Assembly: GCA_016713025.1 (NCBI GenBank)
Contig: JADJPZ010000003.1
Location: forward strand, 576,774 to 640,773
DNA from: Saprospiraceae bacterium
GTDB taxonomy: Bacteria; Bacteroidota; Bacteroidia; Chitinophagales; Saprospiraceae
DNA length: 64,000 nucleotides
Direction of reading: 5' to 3'
Shown here: positions 57,674 through 64,000 of the stretch, in pieces
How positions within the stretch are numbered: position 1 is the first letter of the stretch
Layout: every line of letters begins with the position of its first letter
Program-made: the position numbers and the translations under genes
Notes under the pieces: model-generated
Databases searched by the model: none
Seen by the model: only the letters and a program-made list of their open reading frames with translations
Told to the model about the DNA's origin: nothing

Positions 57674-59874
57674 ACAAGACCTTTAATATTAATCTCGGAG
57701 GATATCCATTTGCGATAGATGAGGATGCTTTCGAATACATACAAAATTATCTGGGTACGATCAGACGTCATTTTTCCGCATCAGAAGGATGTGAAGAAAT
57801 TTTGTACGACATAGAAGTCCGTATGGCCGAGCTTTTTCAGGAACACCTTAAAGGCAGAGCCATCATCAGCATGAAGGAAATCGATGAAGTAATCATGATT
57901 ATGGGTAAACCCGAAGATTTTGGAGCAGAGCCTATGTCAGAACAATACACCAGCAACACCAGGGGTAAGAAATCTGATACCAAAATCAATACAGGTAAAA
58001 AACTTTTCAGGGATCCGGATGATAAAAAACTCGGTGGAGTTTGCTCCGGTGTTGCCGCATATCTCGGAATTGAAGACCCGTTATGGTTAAGGATTTTCGT
58101 AGTTCTTACTGCGATTTTTTCAGGAGGATTTGTCTTCGTGGTATACATGGTTCTGTGGTTTTTAGTACCTGAGGCGGCGTCTGCCAGCGACAAACTCGCT
58201 ATGCGCGGTGAGCCGGCAACTATCAGTAACATTGCCAAAGTAGTGGAGGAAGAACTCAACGAACTTGGTGATAAAATTACTGAGTGGAGCAAAGATTTTG
58301 ACGGTACTAAAAAAAAAAGTGGTGATACATCATCAGGAACACACCAATTTAAAGCAAAAGCTATCCTTGCAGAAGGAATCAATATTTTTGGAAGTGTAGC
58401 CTCTGGTATTATTCCTGTTTTCAGGACTATTTTGAAACCCATATTTATAACCATTGCTATCATAGCGATGGCTGCATTAGGCATATCATGGGCAGCTTCT
58501 TTTGTCGGATTGTCTTTTGCTTCACCTGTGCTTCATGCTGTGGGACCTGATTCTGGATTTGTAAGCTCCCTTGGTATTGGATCTTTATTTTTTACTTTTG
58601 GTCTGCCTGTTCTGGGAGCAATGCTGTTGTTGGCCAGACTTGCTTTTTCTTATAGAATCAATAAAAATGTAAATACCGGCTTATGGACAGTGTGGTTTTT
58701 GTCTTTATTTACTACCATGTTTGCCGGGATGAGTACTATCAAGGAGTATCAATCCCATCATGTGACCACTGCTATCTCTGACTACAACATCGGATCGTCG
58801 GATATCAGGATCTCAATGCCGGAAGAGAATCTGGATCATTCTATGGGTGTTTTTTTAGACAAATTTTTTGCAGACAATGGCAAACAATGGGCTATACGAG
58901 ATGTAAATATCCAACTCGAAAAATCCAAAGATGCGTTTGTCCACGTCGAAAAGAAAATTACATCAAGGGGCGAACAACTTTCTGATGCTCAGCAAAATAC
59001 GCTTTTTGTAGGTAATGATATCAAAGTAAATGATAGCGAAATTTCTATTTCAAAATATCTCACCATACCAAAAGAACGAAAATACCGAAACCAATCCGTA
59101 GACTATACGATCTTCATCCCCGAAGGCAAAAATATCATTTTGGACAATAGTGTCAGGGGAAGATTAAGACATTCGGAACTGATGAATTGGGAGCAAGTAT
59201 ACTCCAGCGAAGACAACATGAAATGGACTGTAAAAGGAAACGGCGTTTTTTCAAAGGAATATGATGAAATCCATCACTTCAAAAGGCAGATTGCCACAGG
59301 CAATTACAACAAAATAATTATAGAAAACGGTTTTGACGTCGTCATAAAAAAAGGAGAAAAGTCATCTGCCAATTTTTCCGGGAATAAAGAACTGGTAGAA
59401 AAACTTACGTTTAAAAACCTGGATGGAACATTGACTATAGATGTTCAGGACAATGAATCCATCGAAGATGTTACCATATATATTGAAACCCCATCTTTGG
59501 AACTCGTACAGCTTCACGGTGTAAAATCAGCCACTATTGAAGGTTTTAATCAGGATAATTTTAAAGTACTGGCCAAAGACACAGAAGGTGGATTTTATAA
59601 TAATGAAATCAAAATATCAGGTAACATTAAAAATCTTGACATCTCCATGGATGGTAACCAAAATCTGCATTTGACGGGAAGTGGCGAATCAATAAGTGCA
59701 GTCATCAATGATGGTGCCAATATAACTGCGGATAAATTTATAGTCAATAAAGCGATAATATCTGGCAACCACACTCACGAATCCAGTTTCTATGTCCAAC
59801 AACAACTGAAATGTGAATTTCCTGATCAGATTGACTTTAAAATTTATGGTAATCCAAAAAAGGAAAAACTTTGA
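57670..59874 (+). CDS. PspC-domain membrane protein with long C-terminal beta-rich domain
   Basis: KKLFRDPDDKKLGGVCSGVAAYLGIEDPLWLRIFVVL PspC block, several TM helices; ATGA overlap with padR. Confidence 0.85.
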   Translation: MNKTFNINLGGYPFAIDEDAFEYIQNYLGTIRRHFSASEGCEEILYDIEVRMAELFQEHLKGRAIISMKEIDEVIMIMGKPEDFGAEPMSEQYTSNTRGKKSDTKINTGKKLFRDPDDKKLGGVCSGVAAYLGIEDPLWLRIFVVLTAIFSGGFVFVVYMVLWFLVPEAASASDKLAMRGEPATISNIAKVVEEELNELGDKITEWSKDFDGTKKKSGDTSSGTHQFKAKAILAEGINIFGSVASGIIPVFRTILKPIFITIAIIAMAALGISWAASFVGLSFASPVLHAVGPDSGFVSSLGIGSLFFTFGLPVLGAMLLLARLAFSYRINKNVNTGLWTVWFLSLFTTMFAGMSTIKEYQSHHVTTAISDYNIGSSDIRISMPEENLDHSMGVFLDKFFADNGKQWAIRDVNIQLEKSKDAFVHVEKKITSRGEQLSDAQQNTLFVGNDIKVNDSEISISKYLTIPKERKYRNQSVDYTIFIPEGKNIILDNSVRGRLRHSELMNWEQVYSSEDNMKWTVKGNGVFSKEYDEIHHFKRQIATGNYNKIIIENGFDVVIKKGEKSSANFSGNKELVEKLTFKNLDGTLTIDVQDNESIEDVTIYIETPSLELVQLHGVKSATIEGFNQDNFKVLAKDTEGGFYNNEIKISGNIKNLDISMDGNQNLHLTGSGESISAVINDGANITADKFIVNKAIISGNHTHESSFYVQQQLKCEFPDQIDFKIYGNPKKEKL

Positions 59875-59907
59875 TCCGGGCAGCTGAAAGTATCGTAACT
59901 ATTTATT

Positions 59908-60103
59908 ACCTAAAAATCTAAAATGATAATCTATTACGACCTCCAAATACTTCAAAATCAGTCTCCGCCGCGGCGGATCACTTTTAGCTTCGCACCATAG
60001 TGGTGACTACAGCATAGCTGTACACAGTATGATTTGTCGCTAAAAGTGCTGATTTTCTTGTATTTGAAGCTCTCACCACGAATCTCATTTTAGATATTTA
60101 GGT
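59908..60103 (-). repeat. 189-bp-family element, copy 3 (196 bp variant)
   Basis: as copy 2, but GCTTTGC replaced by the perfect 14-bp palindrome TCCGCCGCGGCGGA (59964..59977). Confidence 0.9.
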
Positions 60104-60218
60104 ATTAAGTAGCTCAGTGTAAAGTTTAGATGCTACACTAATTTGTGCAAGAATTTTATTGGATACAAACGTTTTCACAATCGTTTGTATCCAATTATTT
60201 TTTTTGAACCATATTCAC

Positions 60219-60959
60219 TCAATTTGCCATAAGCCAGAAATTATTCAAGCCATCTCCCTGTATCAGTGACACCTGTTGCAGGTTCAACAGTTCGAGCAAA
60301 GCAATAAAAGTCACAACGGCATGTATGCGGTTTTCGAGCTGTAAAAATATTTCGGTAAAGTTGACTTTGCGGCCTTTGGGCAATCTGTCCATGATGTATG
60401 ATTGCTGCTTCTCCACAGTATATTCAAACCTTACGATCTGATGTTTGGGTGTGTTGATATCATCATTGTACCTCTGGATAAGATGTTGAAATGTTTGGAG
60501 CAATTTAAATAGACTTAGTGATTCGAGCTCTACATCGACCAAAGCCTTTTCTGCGATTTGTTTCAGTTCATCGGTCACATTACCTCTTGTATGTCTGAAA
60601 TGCCTGTTATCTTCGAGTGCTCCCATCTCATCGAGTATCGCCTTATACTTACGGTATTCCAGGAGTTTTTGTGTCAACTCTTGTCTTGGATCTATTTCAT
60701 TGCCGTCATCATCCATCTCCTTTCTGGGTATGAGCATTTTTGCTTTGATGCGCATGAGTGTTGCCGCAACCAGAATAAATTCACTGGCTATGTCTATATC
60801 CAGAGATTTCAGATGTTTGATATAGTCCAGAAAATCTTTTGTGATTTTGGCGATCGGGATATCATTTATGTCCAGTTCGTCTCTTTCTATAAAGAAGAGC
60901 AACAGATCAAAAGGACCTTCAAACTGCTGAATTTTAATAGTATATGATTCCATCGCCAC
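60219..60959 (-). CDS. scpA: segregation and condensation protein A
   Basis: FEGPFDLLLFFIERDELDINDIPIAKIT, ATLMRIKAKMLIP. Confidence 0.85.
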   Translation of the reverse strand: MAMESYTIKIQQFEGPFDLLLFFIERDELDINDIPIAKITKDFLDYIKHLKSLDIDIASEFILVAATLMRIKAKMLIPRKEMDDDGNEIDPRQELTQKLLEYRKYKAILDEMGALEDNRHFRHTRGNVTDELKQIAEKALVDVELESLSLFKLLQTFQHLIQRYNDDINTPKHQIVRFEYTVEKQQSYIMDRLPKGRKVNFTEIFLQLENRIHAVVTFIALLELLNLQQVSLIQGDGLNNFWLMAN

Positions 60960-61014
60960 AAAGATAATAAAAGTTAGACATTTCTATTTTTTCATTCAGC
61001 CAATGTGTGTATAA

Positions 61015-61188
61015 CAAATTGCACAAATTCATATTTTCTTTCCCGCTACTCCTGCCCGGACTACGTAGGCAGGCAGTCTTATTCCCTAAAGAGCCTGTCA
61101 AGCTATGCTTGAGACGAGCCACCCAATCCACCCACATTTTTACCGTCTATTAAGAATAATACTGAAAACGTGCAATTGTTAAACACAC
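61015..61188. mobile_element. 174-bp MITE of the same family as 40145..40282 (opposite orientation)
   Basis: GTGTGTATAACAAATTGCAC at 61015..61034, degenerate GTGCAATTGTTAAACACAC at 61170..61188; flanks TCAGCCAAT / TCAGTCAAT (8/9); interior shares ...CCCAAT.CA.CCAC.TTT.TACC.T.TATTAA.AA.A.ACTGAAAA with the other copy. Confidence 0.8.
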
Positions 61189-61253
61189 GTCAGTCAATAT
61201 ATAAAAACATATGTTTATATTGCTGTGAATCAAGATATTTAAAGTGTTTTTAC

Positions 61254-61284
61254 TTTGTAAAGATGGATAAAAAAGTTATCTTTG
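61254..61284 (+). promoter_or_regulatory. Bacteroidota-type promoter for gyrB
   Basis: TTTG (61254..61257), 19-nt spacer, TAtcTTTG (61277..61284), 30 nt before the ATG. Confidence 0.5.
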
Positions 61285-61311
61285 CACCCCAATAAAATAT
61301 ATATAAATTAA

Positions 61312-63276
<1,965 letters not shown>

Positions 63277-63361
63277 TAAACCGGATTCAGCACAAGGGTA
63301 TTGATCAATTAGTATATTTTTTTTGTTTAAAACCTAAATATCTAAAAAATAGAAGTCAGAT

Positions 63362-63688
63362 ATGATCAAAATAGGATTTGGAGGAAAAGCAAAACCAAAA
63401 AGTTTTGACTACAAGCCCCGATATTATGACGAGGCAAAAGAAGAATTGCAGGAAAGGATAAAAAAGTATAGTCCAGCCGAAGATAGCGAACTTTCAGTAG
63501 AAAACATGAAAAATCGGGTAAAATCGGGGCTTAGGATGAAATCATATGGCGACCAAAATACCAGAGCCAAAGCAGAGAGGCAATCCAATATCAGACTATT
63601 GCTTATCATCGGTGTATTGTTACTTGCAATTTATGTCATCATGTCATCCAACAAAATTGTCACACTTTTAGAGTCGTTTTCGAAGTAA
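63362..63688 (+). CDS. small conserved hypothetical protein with C-terminal TM helix
   Basis: 108-aa ORF, charged N-half, LLLIIGVLLLAIYVIM helix. Confidence 0.55.
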   Translation: MIKIGFGGKAKPKSFDYKPRYYDEAKEELQERIKKYSPAEDSELSVENMKNRVKSGLRMKSYGDQNTRAKAERQSNIRLLLIIGVLLLAIYVIMSSNKIVTLLESFSK

Positions 63689-63700
63689 AAATCCTATTTG

Positions 63701-64000
63701 ATGCCTGATATCATACAGCTACTTCCGGATAGTATCGCAAATCAGATAGCTGCAGGCGAGGTGATACAACGACCGGCATCCGTTGTGAAAGAATTGATGG
63801 AAAATGCTCTCGATGCCGGGAGTTCATACATCAGACTGATCCTCAAAGACGCCGGAAAAACAAGTATTCAAGTCATAGATGATGGCAAAGGTATGTCAGA
63901 GACCGATGCGCGTATGTCATTTGAACGGCATGCCACCTCCAAGATAAGATCAGCTCATGACCTCTTCAGCATCAAGACTATGGGGTTTCGTGGAGAAGCA
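63701..64000 (+). CDS. mutL: DNA mismatch repair protein MutL, first 100 codons (runs off the window)
   Basis: [36 protein letters not shown]...DDGKGM...RHATSKI. Confidence 0.9.
   Translation, partial: MPDIIQLLPDSIANQIAAGEVIQRPASVVKELMENALDAGSSYIRLILKDAGKTSIQVIDDGKGMSETDARMSFERHATSKIRSAHDLFSIKTMGFRGEA

Noticed and set aside
57837-58484. 215-aa antisense ORF inside the PspC-domain gene
   Set aside because: It overlaps a CDS with a clear PspC motif and operon logic. Its translation is low complexity.
60934-61137. 67-aa minus-strand ORF between scpA and gyrB
   Set aside because: It is almost entirely inside the 174-bp MITE and is not expected to be a gene.

Overview
This is a low-GC Bacteroidota-type chromosomal segment. 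Support for that: a T9SS type-B sorting-domain protein, TAnnTTTG -7 promoter boxes, a PadR-PspC pair and many LytS/LytTR pairs.

Left ~35 kb (accessory-looking, AT-rich by eye):
- Four LytS-type kinase/LytTR regulator pairs and one TPR-HisKA kinase.
- Four beta-lactamase-fold serine hydrolases. One is split by a 1.3-kb IS with perfect 20-bp inverted repeats and a 9-bp target duplication.
- A BlaI/BlaR1-like pair whose M56 protein ends in about 11 tandem 29-aa repeats.
- Several hydrolases, three decayed genes and many hypothetical secreted or membrane proteins.

Right ~29 kb (housekeeping):
- Aminotransferase, hppA, lipA, tRNA-Asn, polyprenyl synthase, aldose epimerase, xerD, scpA, gyrB and the start of mutL.

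Most system-like locus: a 3.4-kb AT-rich islet at 45.7-49.1 kb.
- It carries an Abi_2 gene with one in-frame TAG, plus a KAP P-loop NTPase whose membrane helices are N-terminal.
- It sits exactly at the stop codon of a GC-richer short DnaE2-like polymerase gene.
- It is bounded by a 13-bp direct repeat, a decayed copy of the polymerase 3' end and a truncated RelE-like toxin-antitoxin module.

Second candidate: a tightly packed nine-gene operon (24970-31721) that links a TPR kinase, three membrane proteins, a REC-fused LytS-type kinase and a LytTR regulator.

The window is also rich in small palindromic or MITE-like repeats, at least four families.

Limits: all calls come from reading the ORF translations and the sequence by eye. 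No homology search, HMM, fold or GC computation was run. Family names are motif recognition from memory, and repeat borders may be off by a few nt. No rRNA genes and no CRISPR arrays were seen.
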